From Nannocystales bacterium (lineage in GTDB: Bacteria > Myxococcota_A > Polyangia > Nannocystales > Nannocystaceae): 64,000 nt of DNA. Each line of letters starts with the position of its first letter. Positions within the stretch are counted from its first letter, which is position 1. The stretch is taken from contig JBOEGF010000004.1 in NCBI GenBank assembly GCA_050633305.1, positions 192,001 to 256,000 on the forward strand, in the 5' to 3' direction. The translations under genes were made by a program, and so were the position numbers. A model generated the notes under the pieces. The model had not been told where the DNA came from, made no database searches, and saw only the letters and a program-made list of their open reading frames with translations. This document shows positions 45,337 through 55,078 of this stretch, one piece after another.

Positions 45337-46262
45337 GGCTGTAGATCAATGAGTACGGGCGTGAGCCCGCGGTCCCGCAGGGCGCTGCAAAGCGTCGCGG
45401 GGTCGTCTGGGGGTAGGCAGAGGATGCACCCGCCGCCGCCGGCACCGGTCAGCTTGGCTCCGCGCGCGCCGCAGTCCAGTGCTACGCCGCACAGCTCATC
45501 GAGGATCGGCGATGAAACGTCGAGGCTCGAAAGCAATGGGTGTGCGATGTTAAAAAGCTCGCCCAAGTGACCGAGATCATTTGTCGCAATGGCCGATATT
45601 GAGCGGTCGACCAGGGCCCCGAGCGCATCGAGGACAGGTCGAACGACCATCGTGAATCGGTCGTGACGAACGCGGACCTTGGCGACCTGATCGGCGGTGC
45701 TGCGGGGCTGCCCCGAGGGGATGACCACCAGTGACAGCGGGTGCCTCAGTGGGATCGCCTCAACTTCGGCGCCCCGGACATACCTCAACAGCCCTCCGCG
45801 GGCCGCCACCTCGGAGTCGATCCCTGATGGCTCGCCGTGGAACACTCGTTCGCCGGCCAACGAAGCTTCGACCACCGTTTCGACCGGAGCGTCCTGTCCC
45901 AGGCACAGCCGCGCCAACGCGACGGTGAGGGCGGCCGAGGATCCCAGGCCGGCCCGAGAGGGCAGGGTCGTGCTGCCCTCGATGGTCCAACCGAGCAGCG
46001 GGCCGTCGCAGACGCCCAGCACCGCGAGCGCGGCTCGAGCCACCGGGTGATCGGTGTCGGGCGAGAGGGTGACGTCGATGTCCCACGCCGGGATGCGCAG
46101 CTGAACCGGGAGCTCGGCTGGACCCTGCGTGGCGGTCAACTCCAGCGAGGACGGAATTGCGGCCGCCAACGCGGGGTAGCCGTAGACCACCGAGTGCTCT
46201 CCAGCGACGATCACCTTTCCGCAGGCGGTCGCCCGGGGGTGCAGCGAGGGCTTGGGGTTCAT
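45333..46262 (-). CDS. mvk: Mevalonate kinase
   Basis: GKVIVAGEHSVVYG, PSRAGLGSSAA, FHGEPSGID and GAKLTGAGGGGC motifs. Confidence 0.93.
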   Translation of the reverse strand: MNPKPSLHPRATACGKVIVAGEHSVVYGYPALAAAIPSSLELTATQGPAELPVQLRIPAWDIDVTLSPDTDHPVARAALAVLGVCDGPLLGWTIEGSTTLPSRAGLGSSAALTVALARLCLGQDAPVETVVEASLAGERVFHGEPSGIDSEVAARGGLLRYVRGAEVEAIPLRHPLSLVVIPSGQPRSTADQVAKVRVRHDRFTMVVRPVLDALGALVDRSISAIATNDLGHLGELFNIAHPLLSSLDVSSPILDELCGVALDCGARGAKLTGAGGGGCILCLPPDDPATLCSALRDRGLTPVLIDLQP

Positions 46263-47314
46263 CCCTGCGGCATCCAGTGGGCAAGCTCGCCCGTCACGAT
46301 CTTCGGGGCGGCACGCAGATCCGCCACGGTCCGCGACCCGGTCAGCAGCATGTGCGCCCGGACGGAGTGCATGACCTGCTGCAGGAACGTCTTGGCACCC
46401 TCGTAGCCACCGGCCTTGTGGGCCTTGAGGACTTGCGCCGCGAGACCGCCTGCGCTCGCGCCCAGGGCCACGGCCTTGGCGACCTCGGTGCCGGACTTCA
46501 GGCCCCCGGTCGCGATGACGTCCAGGCCGAGTCCGGCACATTGCGCCACCGAAGCTGCAGTGGGGATGCCCCAGTCCCACAGCTCGTTGGCCAGCGCTTT
46601 GTCTTCCTCGTTGATCGCCCGGTGAGCTTCGACGGCGACCCAGCTCGTGCCACCGGCTCCGCTGACGTCGACGGTGCGGACCCCAGTCTCGTAGATCTTC
46701 TTGGCCACGGCGCGGGAGAGGCCGCAGCCGGTCTCCTTGGCCACCACGGGGATCGTGAGTTCTTCGGCCAGGCGCGCGAGGGTGGGGAGCCCGTTGCGGA
46801 AGTCTCGGTCCCCGCCTGGCTGCACGATTTCCATCGCCGGGTTGAGGTGGATGCACAGCGCATCGGCCCCGATGTTCCCGACCAGATCGTGAATCTCTTG
46901 GGCGCTCATCGATGCCGCCTGCTGGACGCCAAGGTTGCCCAGCAGCAACATGTTGGGCGCGACGTCCCGAACCTGGAAGGTCCAGGTGGTGTCGGGGCGC
47001 TCGAACATGGCCCGCTGCGAGCCGACGCCGAAGCCCAACCCAAGCTCATCGGCGGCGCGGGCGATGTCGGTGTTCACCTTGTGTGCCCGATCGGTCCCCC
47101 CGGTCATCGCCGCCACGATGAAGGGAGCCTGGAGCGTCTTGCCCAGCAGCTGTGTACTGCTGTCGACCTCGTCAAAGTGCATCTCAGGCAGCGCGTCGTG
47201 AATCAGCCGCACGTCCTCGAAGCCGGTGGTTTTGTCTCGAAAGGCCACGTTGGGGCCCGAGCACAGGGCCAGGTGGTCTTTCTTGCGCTGCGAGATGTCG
47301 AGGCGGTCTGCCAT
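46259..47314 (-). CDS. fni: Type 2 isopentenyl-diphosphate delta-isomerase
   Basis: RKKDHL, AMTGG, GVGSQR, HLNPAMEIVQPGGD, KETGCG and GAGGTSW motifs. Confidence 0.96.
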   Translation of the reverse strand: MADRLDISQRKKDHLALCSGPNVAFRDKTTGFEDVRLIHDALPEMHFDEVDSSTQLLGKTLQAPFIVAAMTGGTDRAHKVNTDIARAADELGLGFGVGSQRAMFERPDTTWTFQVRDVAPNMLLLGNLGVQQAASMSAQEIHDLVGNIGADALCIHLNPAMEIVQPGGDRDFRNGLPTLARLAEELTIPVVAKETGCGLSRAVAKKIYETGVRTVDVSGAGGTSWVAVEAHRAINEEDKALANELWDWGIPTAASVAQCAGLGLDVIATGGLKSGTEVAKAVALGASAGGLAAQVLKAHKAGGYEGAKTFLQQVMHSVRAHMLLTGSRTVADLRAAPKIVTGELAHWMPQG

Positions 47315-47454
47315 GGGCTCGCGCAGACTTACCGGCCCGGCCGTTGCGAGGCCAGCGAACCTCTCGTACTTCGCCGTGATCGGGCGCACGGAACCGTGCG
47401 GGGCGACGCTCCCGCAGCGCGAGCCGCAACGTGCGTGATTCGCTCCGCAGTGGC

Positions 47455-48393
47455 ATGGTGCGACGGGTGTCCCGCCCGATTCGCGGCCGCTACGCACCGA
47501 GCCCGACGGGTCGTCTTCACTTGGGCAACGTGCGCACCGCATTGCTGTCCTGGCTGCAGATTCGAGCGTTGGGCGGGACGTATGTGATGCGGATCGAGGA
47601 TGTGGACACAGGCCGCTCACGGCCCATGTTCGAAACCACACTCCTCGAAGACCTGCGCTGGCTCGGGCTCGATTGGGACGAAGGCCCGGACGTTGGAGGT
47701 CCGGCGGGGCCCTACCGTCAGTCGCAATGCACGGCGCGCTACACGGATGCGTTGGCAGCGTTGCAGACGTTCGAGTGCACGTGTTCCCGCAAGGAGGTCC
47801 GTGCCGCTGCGGCGGCTCCGGCGGGTGTCGAGCCCGTCTACCCGGGGACCTGTGCCGCGGGCCCAACCCACCCAGACCGGCCCCGCGCCGTTCGGTGGCT
47901 GCCTCCCAACGAGATCGTCACGGTTCGTGATGGCCGCGCGGGCACGCTGCGCGAGGATCCTCGCCGCGAAGCGGGAGCGTTCCTTCTGCGCCGTACCGAT
48001 GGTGACTGGGCGTACAACTTCGCCGTGGTCGTCGATGATGGTTTCATGGACATCACGCACGTGTTGCGGGGGGAGGATCTGTGGACCAGCACCCCGCGGC
48101 AGGTCGCGCTGGCCCGGGCTTTGGGGCTTGTGGAGCCCGAGTTCACGCACGCGCCGCTGCTACGCGGGCCCGACGGCCAGAAACTGAGCAAGCGGCACGG
48201 CGCCCCCGATGTCGCCGCACTGCGAGAGGCCAGCGTCGACCCCAAACGGGTCGTGGCGTGGCTTGCTCGGTCGGTCGGACTGGTCGGTGAGGGGGTGCAG
48301 CGCGCTTCGGCCGACGAGCTTGTCGCGGACTTCGCGGTCGAAGCGATCGAGGACCGCCCGGTTGCTGACAGCCCCGACCCGTGGCGCTTGTGA
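47455..48393 (+). CDS. gluQ: Glutamyl-Q tRNA(Asp) synthetase
   Basis: GRYAPSPTGRLHLGN, CTCSRKE..YPGTC, RGEDL and KLSKR motifs; short, with no anticodon-binding domain. Confidence 0.88.
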   Translation: MVRRVSRPIRGRYAPSPTGRLHLGNVRTALLSWLQIRALGGTYVMRIEDVDTGRSRPMFETTLLEDLRWLGLDWDEGPDVGGPAGPYRQSQCTARYTDALAALQTFECTCSRKEVRAAAAAPAGVEPVYPGTCAAGPTHPDRPRAVRWLPPNEIVTVRDGRAGTLREDPRREAGAFLLRRTDGDWAYNFAVVVDDGFMDITHVLRGEDLWTSTPRQVALARALGLVEPEFTHAPLLRGPDGQKLSKRHGAPDVAALREASVDPKRVVAWLARSVGLVGEGVQRASADELVADFAVEAIEDRPVADSPDPWRL

Positions 48394-48424
48394 CCCACGG
48401 GCCGTCCCAGATACAACCGCGGAT

Positions 48425-50641
48425 GTGCGTCGCTCGCTCTCTCCCTTGGCCTGCGTGTTGTTGCTGACCTTCGGTGGCTGCAACAAAGACACTTCGCTGT
48501 CCGAGCCCGCGGGCCCCGAGGCGGCCGCGCCCTCGGCCGACCCGGTCGCGAGCCTGGTCTATCCCCAGGCCCAGCGCGTCGAGCACGTCGACACGTATCA
48601 CGGCATCTCGGTCCCCGATCCCTATCGCTGGCTCGAGAACATCGACAGCGACGAGACGCAGCAATGGGTTCGCGCGCAGAACGATCTGACCTTCGGCGTG
48701 CTCGACGACATTGAGGCTCGCGACGCCCTGCGCACGCGGCTGACCGCACTGTGGGACTACGAGCGTTGGGGCGTCCCAAGGCGCCGGGGCGACGTGTACT
48801 TCGTCAGCCGCAACGATGGCCTGCAAAACCAGTCGGTGCTCTACACGATGAAGAGCCCGGACGACACGCCTCGCCCGTTGCTAGACCCCAACACGCTGTC
48901 CACGGACGGAACCGTCGCACTCTCCGGGACATGGCCGAGTCGCGACGGGAAGTACCTCGCCTACGGCGTCTCCGAGGCGGGGTCGGATTGGCAGACGTGG
49001 AAGGTTCGCGACGTGGCCACCGGAAAAGACACCGGAGACACGCTGGGCTCGATCAAGTTTGCCCATGCCGCCTGGACGCCGGATGGCAAGGGCTTCTACT
49101 ACGCCCGGTACCCCGAGGCGAAACAGGGCGACGAACTCGAGCAGCTCAACTACGACCAGAAACTCTACTACCACCAGCTCGGCCAGTCTCAGGACCAGGA
49201 CACGTTGGTCTACGAGCGTCCGGACCACAAGGATTGGGGCTTCGACGGCTCCGTCAGCCATGACGGCCGCTTTCTGGTGATCACGGTCCGGCTGGGCACC
49301 GACCCCAAGAAGAGCGTGATCGTTTCCGACCTGCGGCCTAGCAAGAAGAAGCGCGGTGCCAAGCCCACCGCGGCGTTCATCGACCTGCTGCCGGGGTTCA
49401 AAGCGGCGTACAGCTTCATCGGCAACGAGGGCGACGCGCTCCTCTTCCGAACGAACGACGACGCGCCCCGAGGACGCATCATCGCGATCGACGTAAAAAA
49501 GCCCGGTCGCGAGCACTGGGAGGAACGTGTTGCGCAGCAGGACGCGACGCTGCGCGGTGCGGGCATCGTCGGAGGCCGCTTGGTGCTGAGCTACCTCGAC
49601 AAGGCGGTCAGCAAGGTCTCGATTCACGCCACGTCCGGCAAGCACGAGCGAGACGTGGCGCTGCCCGGACTGGGTACTGCCAGCGGTGTCGTTGGCGAGG
49701 AGGAGCACGACGAGGCGTTCTTCTCCTTCACCAGCCTGGCCACTCCGGGGTCGGTGTACGGCATCGACGTTTCGAGCGCGGCGGTGACCCCGTTCAAGAC
49801 GCCCAAGATGGCGTTCAACCCCGACGACTTCACCGTCTCTCAGGTGTTCTATCCGAGCGCGGACGGCACCTCGATCCCGATGTTCATCGCGCACAAGAAG
49901 GGCGTGACGCCCACGGGGGACAACCCGACGTACCTGTATGGATACGGTGGGTTCAACATCCCCCTCACCCCGTCGTTCTCGGTCCCAAACCTCGTCTGGA
50001 TGGAGATGGGTGGGGTGTTTGCGATGCCAAACCTGCGCGGGGGAGGCGAGTTCGGCGAGGCTTGGCATCAGGCCGGGACCAAGCTGGAAAAGCAGAACGT
50101 CTTCGATGACTTCATCGCGGCCGCCGAGTATCTGATCGCGCAGGGATGGACGGCGCCCGAGCACCTGGCGATCGGAGGCCGAAGCAACGGTGGCCTGCTT
50201 GTCGGGGCGACGATGACGCAACGACCGGAGCTGTTTGCGGCCGCGCTCCCCGGGGTGGGGGTGATGGACATGCTGCGCTTCAACAAGTTCACCATCGGCT
50301 GGGCGTGGGAGAGCGACTACGGATCTCCACAGGACCCCAAGCAGTTCGAGGCGTTGTTCGCCTACTCGCCGTATCACAACCTCAAGCAGGGGACGGACTA
50401 CCCCGCGACCATGGTCTACACCGCAGATCATGACGACCGGGTGCTTCCGGCCCATAGCTACAAGTTTGCGGCCGCGCTTCAACACGCCCATGTCGGCGAG
50501 GACCCCGTTTTGATCCGTATCGACGTGCGTGCTGGGCACGGAGCGGGCAAGCCCACGGCGAAACGCATCGAGGAGTGGGCGGACCTCTGGGGCTTCCTCG
50601 TGACGCATCTGGAGATGGACGTCTCGGAGCTGCCTTCGTGA
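48425..50641 (+). CDS. Prolyl oligopeptidase (S9A), lipoprotein
   Basis: Lipobox FGGC; DPYRWLE, YGYGGF, GRSNGG, DHDDRV and AGHGAGKP motifs. Confidence 0.95.
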   Translation: MRRSLSPLACVLLLTFGGCNKDTSLSEPAGPEAAAPSADPVASLVYPQAQRVEHVDTYHGISVPDPYRWLENIDSDETQQWVRAQNDLTFGVLDDIEARDALRTRLTALWDYERWGVPRRRGDVYFVSRNDGLQNQSVLYTMKSPDDTPRPLLDPNTLSTDGTVALSGTWPSRDGKYLAYGVSEAGSDWQTWKVRDVATGKDTGDTLGSIKFAHAAWTPDGKGFYYARYPEAKQGDELEQLNYDQKLYYHQLGQSQDQDTLVYERPDHKDWGFDGSVSHDGRFLVITVRLGTDPKKSVIVSDLRPSKKKRGAKPTAAFIDLLPGFKAAYSFIGNEGDALLFRTNDDAPRGRIIAIDVKKPGREHWEERVAQQDATLRGAGIVGGRLVLSYLDKAVSKVSIHATSGKHERDVALPGLGTASGVVGEEEHDEAFFSFTSLATPGSVYGIDVSSAAVTPFKTPKMAFNPDDFTVSQVFYPSADGTSIPMFIAHKKGVTPTGDNPTYLYGYGGFNIPLTPSFSVPNLVWMEMGGVFAMPNLRGGGEFGEAWHQAGTKLEKQNVFDDFIAAAEYLIAQGWTAPEHLAIGGRSNGGLLVGATMTQRPELFAAALPGVGVMDMLRFNKFTIGWAWESDYGSPQDPKQFEALFAYSPYHNLKQGTDYPATMVYTADHDDRVLPAHSYKFAAALQHAHVGEDPVLIRIDVRAGHGAGKPTAKRIEEWADLWGFLVTHLEMDVSELPS

Positions 50642-51969
50642 GGGGGGCGGATCCAACAGTTCTTCCGAGCACCGGTCGCCGCACCGGAGCTTGGGTGGGC
50701 GTGCTCGGGCTTGCTTTCATTGCCAGCTGCGCTGATGACGCTGGGCCGAGCGGCGCCGGCTCGACCGGGACGCCGGGCACCTCGAGTTCCGGTGCGTCTG
50801 CGGACTCTGTCACGAGTGCAGGGACGGTCAGTTCATCCGGGGGTGCCTCGACCTCAGGCCTGGACACCGACACGATGACTGCGAGCAGTTCCTCGACCGG
50901 CGCTGCGTCGGTGTGCGGAGACGGCCAGCATGACCGAGGCGAGCTCTGCTTCGGCGATCTGATTTCGATCAGCGACATCGGCGACAGCCCGGCCGGGTTT
51001 GCGGTGGCGGATCTCAATGGCGACGGTCACCTCGACCTCGCCGTCGCGGTGGTCGGCAGCGCCTCGGTCGCTGTTTTGTACGGGGACGGCACCGGAGCGA
51101 TGACCCTCGGGCAGAGCATCCTGTCCGGCTTTCAGCCGCGCGGAGTGGCGATCGCCGATCTGGACAACAACGGCGAACTCGACCTCGCGGTCGCCAATCT
51201 GGGCACCGACTACGTCGCCGTGTACCCGCAGACCGAGGGGGTGTTCGGCACACAGCAACCCGAAGCCGCCGGAGACCGCCCTCGCGCGGTCGCGATCGGC
51301 GACCTCGACGACGACGGGGACCTCGACATGGTCGTGGCGGCCGAGGCCTCGGGCACCCTCGAAGTCCTGCTCGGTGACGGAGCCGGCATGTTCGCCAGCG
51401 CCGTCGCGTACGAAACGGGTCCGCAGCCCTACGATGTCGCGCTTGCAGACCTCGATGGAGACGGGGTCCTCGATGCCGTGACCGCGGACTACGGCGGGAC
51501 CACCGTTAGTGTCTTGTTCGGCGTCGGGGATGGCACCTTCTTGGCGGCATCTCCCGAAACCGTGGCCTCCCAGCCGCGCTCCGTCGCGGTGGTCGACTTC
51601 GACGAGGACGGGACGCTCGACGTCCTGGCTCCGAGCGCCGACGCGCAGGTGGTGAGCCTGCTGTTCGGTCAGGACAAAGGGGCGTTTGGGCCATTCATCC
51701 CGCTCCCTGTGGGACAAGGGCCCTACGTCTCGACGGTGGCCGACATGGACGCGGACGGGCGCGTCGACCTGGTGTCGGTGGCTCAAGCAGCGGGCGCGCT
51801 CTCCATCGTGGTGCCCGCGGAGGACGGGACCTTCGCCGAGACCGAGATCTTTGTGGGGCTTTCGCCGCTGGCCTTGGTGGTGGCCGACTTCAACGAAGAT
51901 GGCTCCCCCGACGTCGCGGTGACCGATTCGCTGGGCGGCACCGTGTCCGTCCTGCCCTCCGACCCATAG
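50638..51969 (+). CDS. FG-GAP repeat lipoprotein (7-blade propeller)
   Basis: IASC lipobox, Ser/Thr-rich linker, VCGDG..ELC, then seven D(L/F/M)xxDGxxD-type repeats. Confidence 0.85.
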   Translation: MRGADPTVLPSTGRRTGAWVGVLGLAFIASCADDAGPSGAGSTGTPGTSSSGASADSVTSAGTVSSSGGASTSGLDTDTMTASSSSTGAASVCGDGQHDRGELCFGDLISISDIGDSPAGFAVADLNGDGHLDLAVAVVGSASVAVLYGDGTGAMTLGQSILSGFQPRGVAIADLDNNGELDLAVANLGTDYVAVYPQTEGVFGTQQPEAAGDRPRAVAIGDLDDDGDLDMVVAAEASGTLEVLLGDGAGMFASAVAYETGPQPYDVALADLDGDGVLDAVTADYGGTTVSVLFGVGDGTFLAASPETVASQPRSVAVVDFDEDGTLDVLAPSADAQVVSLLFGQDKGAFGPFIPLPVGQGPYVSTVADMDADGRVDLVSVAQAAGALSIVVPAEDGTFAETEIFVGLSPLALVVADFNEDGSPDVAVTDSLGGTVSVLPSDP

Positions 51970-52022
51970 CCGGCGCCCCGGTTGTGCGCGCCGGCCCGCA
52001 GGGGTAGGTTCGCGCCGAGATC

Positions 52023-54686
52023 ATGTCCGATTCGTACCGCACGATCGACCCGCAGGCGCTTCCCAAGCACTTCGACGCCCAGAACGTCGAGGCCGAGCTC
52101 AACGCGCGCTGGCAGCAAGCCGGCCTGTATCACTACGATCCCCACCGGACACGGGAGGAGACCTTCGTCGTCGACACGCCGCCGCCGACGGTGTCGGGCA
52201 ACCTGCACATCGGACACGTCTTCAGCTACACGCACACCGACGTGATCGTCCGCTACAAGCGGATGAAGGGGCTGAACATCTTCTATCCGATGGGGTGGGA
52301 CGACAACGGTCTGCCGACGGAGCGTCGGGTTCAGAACCACTACCACGTGCGTTGCGACGCGTCGCTGCCCTACGAAGAGGGGGTGGAACTCGAGCAGGCG
52401 TCTTCGAAATCGAAGAAGAAGCCACCGCGGATGCTGTCGCGTCCGAACTTCATCGAGGCGTGCGAGACGCTCACCAAGGAAGACGAAAAGGTCTACCTCG
52501 CGTTGTGGCAGCGCCTGGGGCTCTCGGTCGACTGGCGTCAGGAATACAGCACCGTGGGTGCGCACTGCCGCAAGGTCGCGCAGATGAGTTTCCTGGATCT
52601 GTACGAGAAGAACCACTTGTACAGCTCTGACGCCCCCACGCTGTGGGATGTCGACTTCCAGACCGCGATCGCACAGGCAGAGCTGGAGGACCGGGACCTC
52701 GACAGCACGTTCAACGACATCGCGTTCACGGTCGAGGGATCGAACGAGGAGTTCATCATCGCGACCACGCGACCCGAACTCCTGCCGGCCTGTGTGGCCG
52801 TCGCGGCGCACCCGCAGGACGAGCGCTACAAGCACCTGTTCGGCAAAAACGCCATCACGCCGCTGTTTGGTGTCCCTGTCCGCATCTTCGCGAGCGAGGT
52901 TGTCGACATGGAAAAGGGCACCGGGATCCTGATGATCTGCACGTTCGGTGACCAGACCGACGTGCAGTGGTGGCGGGACGAGAAGCTCCCGCTGCGCCAG
53001 GTCATCGGCCGCCGGGGCCGAATGCTTCCTTTGGAGTACGGGACCGAGGGGTGGGAGAGCGTGGACGCGGCGGCGGCCAACGAGCACTACGCCAAGATGG
53101 TGGGCAAGCGCCCCGATCAGGCGCGAAAGATCGTACTCGAGATTCTGGCCGAGGCGCCCGAGGGCGGCGTGGCTCCGCTTCGCGCCCAGAAGCCGATCAA
53201 CCACGCGGTGAAGTTCTTTGAGAAGGGCGACCGCCCGCTGGAGTTCATGCCGACGCGGCAGTGGTTTTGCCGCTTGCTCGACAAGAAAGACGACCTCTTG
53301 GCGCGCGGCGAGCAAGTGCAGTGGCACCCGCCGTTCATGCGTGACCGGTTCAGCCTTTGGACCGAGAACCTGGCGTTCGACTGGTGCATCAGCCGGCAGC
53401 GGTACTTCGGCGTGCCGTTCCCGATGTGGTACCGGCTTGATGCCGAGGGACAGCCCGACTACGAAAACCCGCTGCTCCCCAGTGTGGACGCGCTCCCGAT
53501 CGACCCCACCACGTCGGTGCCTACGGGGTACGAGGCCAGCCAGCGCGGACAACCCGGGGGATTCACGGCGGAGTCAGATGTCTTCGACACCTGGTTCACC
53601 AGCTCGATGACCCCCGAGGTCAGCTCCCACTGGCGCCTGGACAACGCACGACACGAGAAGCTGTTCCCAGCGGACATTCGCCCGCAGGCCCACGAGATCA
53701 TCCGAACGTGGGCCTTCTACACGATCGCCAAGGCGATGCTGCATGAGGGCAAGGTTCCTTGGCACAACGTGGTGATCAGCGGCTGGGTCGTGCAGCCCAA
53801 GCAAAAGGGTGGCAAGAACGAGAAAATCTCAAAGTCGAAGGGCGGGTCGGCGGGATTGGGTCCGCACGAACTGATGGACAAGTTCACCGCCGACGGCGTG
53901 CGCTACTGGTCGGCACACGCCCGTCTCGGCGTCGACACCACGTTCGACGAGAACATGTTCAAAACCGGCAAGCGCCTGGTCACGAAGCTCTACAACGCGA
54001 GCAAGTTTGCGCTCATGCAGACCGCCGAGCCGGGGCCGGTCACGCATGAGATGGACAAGGGGTTCCTCGCCGCACTTCAGTCCGTGGTGGACGAAGCCAC
54101 GGCGTCGTTCGAGGCGTTCGACTTCGCCTCGGCCCTCAAGGCCACCGAGACGTTCTTCTGGTCGGGTTACACCGACAGCTACGTGGAGCTGGTCAAGGCC
54201 CGTGCCCGCGCCGAAGACGATGCTCAGGGGCGGGCTTCGGCCGTGGCCGCGTTGCGCCTGGGCCTCGAAGTGTTGCTGCGATTGTTCGCCCCGTTCGTCC
54301 CGTACATCTCGGAGACGGTCTGGGGATGGGCCTTTGCGCAGGAGCGCGGAGTGCAGAGCATTCACGCCGCTTCCTGGCCTTCGGCCGAGCTCTTTGCAGA
54401 CACCGGGGCACCCGAGCGTGCGGGTAGCTTTGGGGCCGCGACGCAGTGCCTGGGTGCGATCAACCGCAGCAAGACCGCCGCCAACGTTGGCGTCGCTCGA
54501 GGCATCACCTCGATGACGCTCGCGGCTCCGGCGGTCCTGCTCGAAGACCTCGAGGGAGCCCGGGCCGACGTCTGGGCGGCCGCGAAGGTTGGAGAGTTTG
54601 AGCTCGTCACCGACGATGCCCTCACGGAGTTTGAGGTGCGGGCGATCGAGTTCGAGCCCAAGCCCGAGAAGCCTGCCAAAGGCTGA
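52023..54686 (+). CDS. valS: Valine--tRNA ligase
   Basis: DTPPPTVSGNLHIGH, MGWDDNGLPTERRV, DWCISRQR, RPQAHEIIRTW and KISKS motifs. Confidence 0.96.
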   Translation: MSDSYRTIDPQALPKHFDAQNVEAELNARWQQAGLYHYDPHRTREETFVVDTPPPTVSGNLHIGHVFSYTHTDVIVRYKRMKGLNIFYPMGWDDNGLPTERRVQNHYHVRCDASLPYEEGVELEQASSKSKKKPPRMLSRPNFIEACETLTKEDEKVYLALWQRLGLSVDWRQEYSTVGAHCRKVAQMSFLDLYEKNHLYSSDAPTLWDVDFQTAIAQAELEDRDLDSTFNDIAFTVEGSNEEFIIATTRPELLPACVAVAAHPQDERYKHLFGKNAITPLFGVPVRIFASEVVDMEKGTGILMICTFGDQTDVQWWRDEKLPLRQVIGRRGRMLPLEYGTEGWESVDAAAANEHYAKMVGKRPDQARKIVLEILAEAPEGGVAPLRAQKPINHAVKFFEKGDRPLEFMPTRQWFCRLLDKKDDLLARGEQVQWHPPFMRDRFSLWTENLAFDWCISRQRYFGVPFPMWYRLDAEGQPDYENPLLPSVDALPIDPTTSVPTGYEASQRGQPGGFTAESDVFDTWFTSSMTPEVSSHWRLDNARHEKLFPADIRPQAHEIIRTWAFYTIAKAMLHEGKVPWHNVVISGWVVQPKQKGGKNEKISKSKGGSAGLGPHELMDKFTADGVRYWSAHARLGVDTTFDENMFKTGKRLVTKLYNASKFALMQTAEPGPVTHEMDKGFLAALQSVVDEATASFEAFDFASALKATETFFWSGYTDSYVELVKARARAEDDAQGRASAVAALRLGLEVLLRLFAPFVPYISETVWGWAFAQERGVQSIHAASWPSAELFADTGAPERAGSFGAATQCLGAINRSKTAANVGVARGITSMTLAAPAVLLEDLEGARADVWAAAKVGEFELVTDDALTEFEVRAIEFEPKPEKPAKG

Positions 54687-54697
54687 GGCTGATTCCG

Positions 54698-55033
54698 CTA
54701 GGAGACCGTCTGCGCGATGCACCAGGCCCGGTAGGGCTCGTGCACGGCGCTGGCGGGTAGGGCGACGACTTTCGGCGTGTCGTACGGGTGCAGCGCGGCC
54801 AGCGCTTCAATGCGTTGCGCCGAACCTCGCTCCGGCGCCTCCATCCACAGCAGAACCTCGCGCTCCTCACAGACCTGTCCCTCCCATCGGTAGATGGAGC
54901 GGGCGCCCGGCATGAGGTTTACGCACGCGACGAGGCGCTGTTCGATCGCGGCGCGAGCGAATGCGTCTGCGTGCTCCTCGTCGATGGTGAGGAACAAAAC
55001 GACGAGAGCCTCCGTTGGCGCAGGGACGGGCAT
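54698..55033 (-). CDS. cutA: Divalent-cation tolerance protein CutA
   Basis: LVACVNL, SIYRWEG and LHPYDTP motifs. Confidence 0.93.
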   Translation of the reverse strand: MPVPAPTEALVVLFLTIDEEHADAFARAAIEQRLVACVNLMPGARSIYRWEGQVCEEREVLLWMEAPERGSAQRIEALAALHPYDTPKVVALPASAVHEPYRAWCIAQTVS

Positions 55034-55046
55034 GAGAAGGGGATTG

Positions 55047-55078
55047 TGCTTGATTTTTCAAGCATTTTTCCCCATACT
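55047..55078 (+). promoter_or_regulatory. Sigma70-type promoter with overlapping palindromic operator
   Basis: -35 TTGATT (55050-55055), 17-bp spacer, -10 CATACT (55073-55078). The palindrome TGCTTGA-TTTT-TCAAGCA (55047-55064) covers the -35, within an AT-rich patch. Confidence 0.6.

Noticed and set aside
47455..48393. Truncated glutamyl-tRNA synthetase pseudogene
   Set aside because: The length and missing anticodon domain are normal for GluQ.
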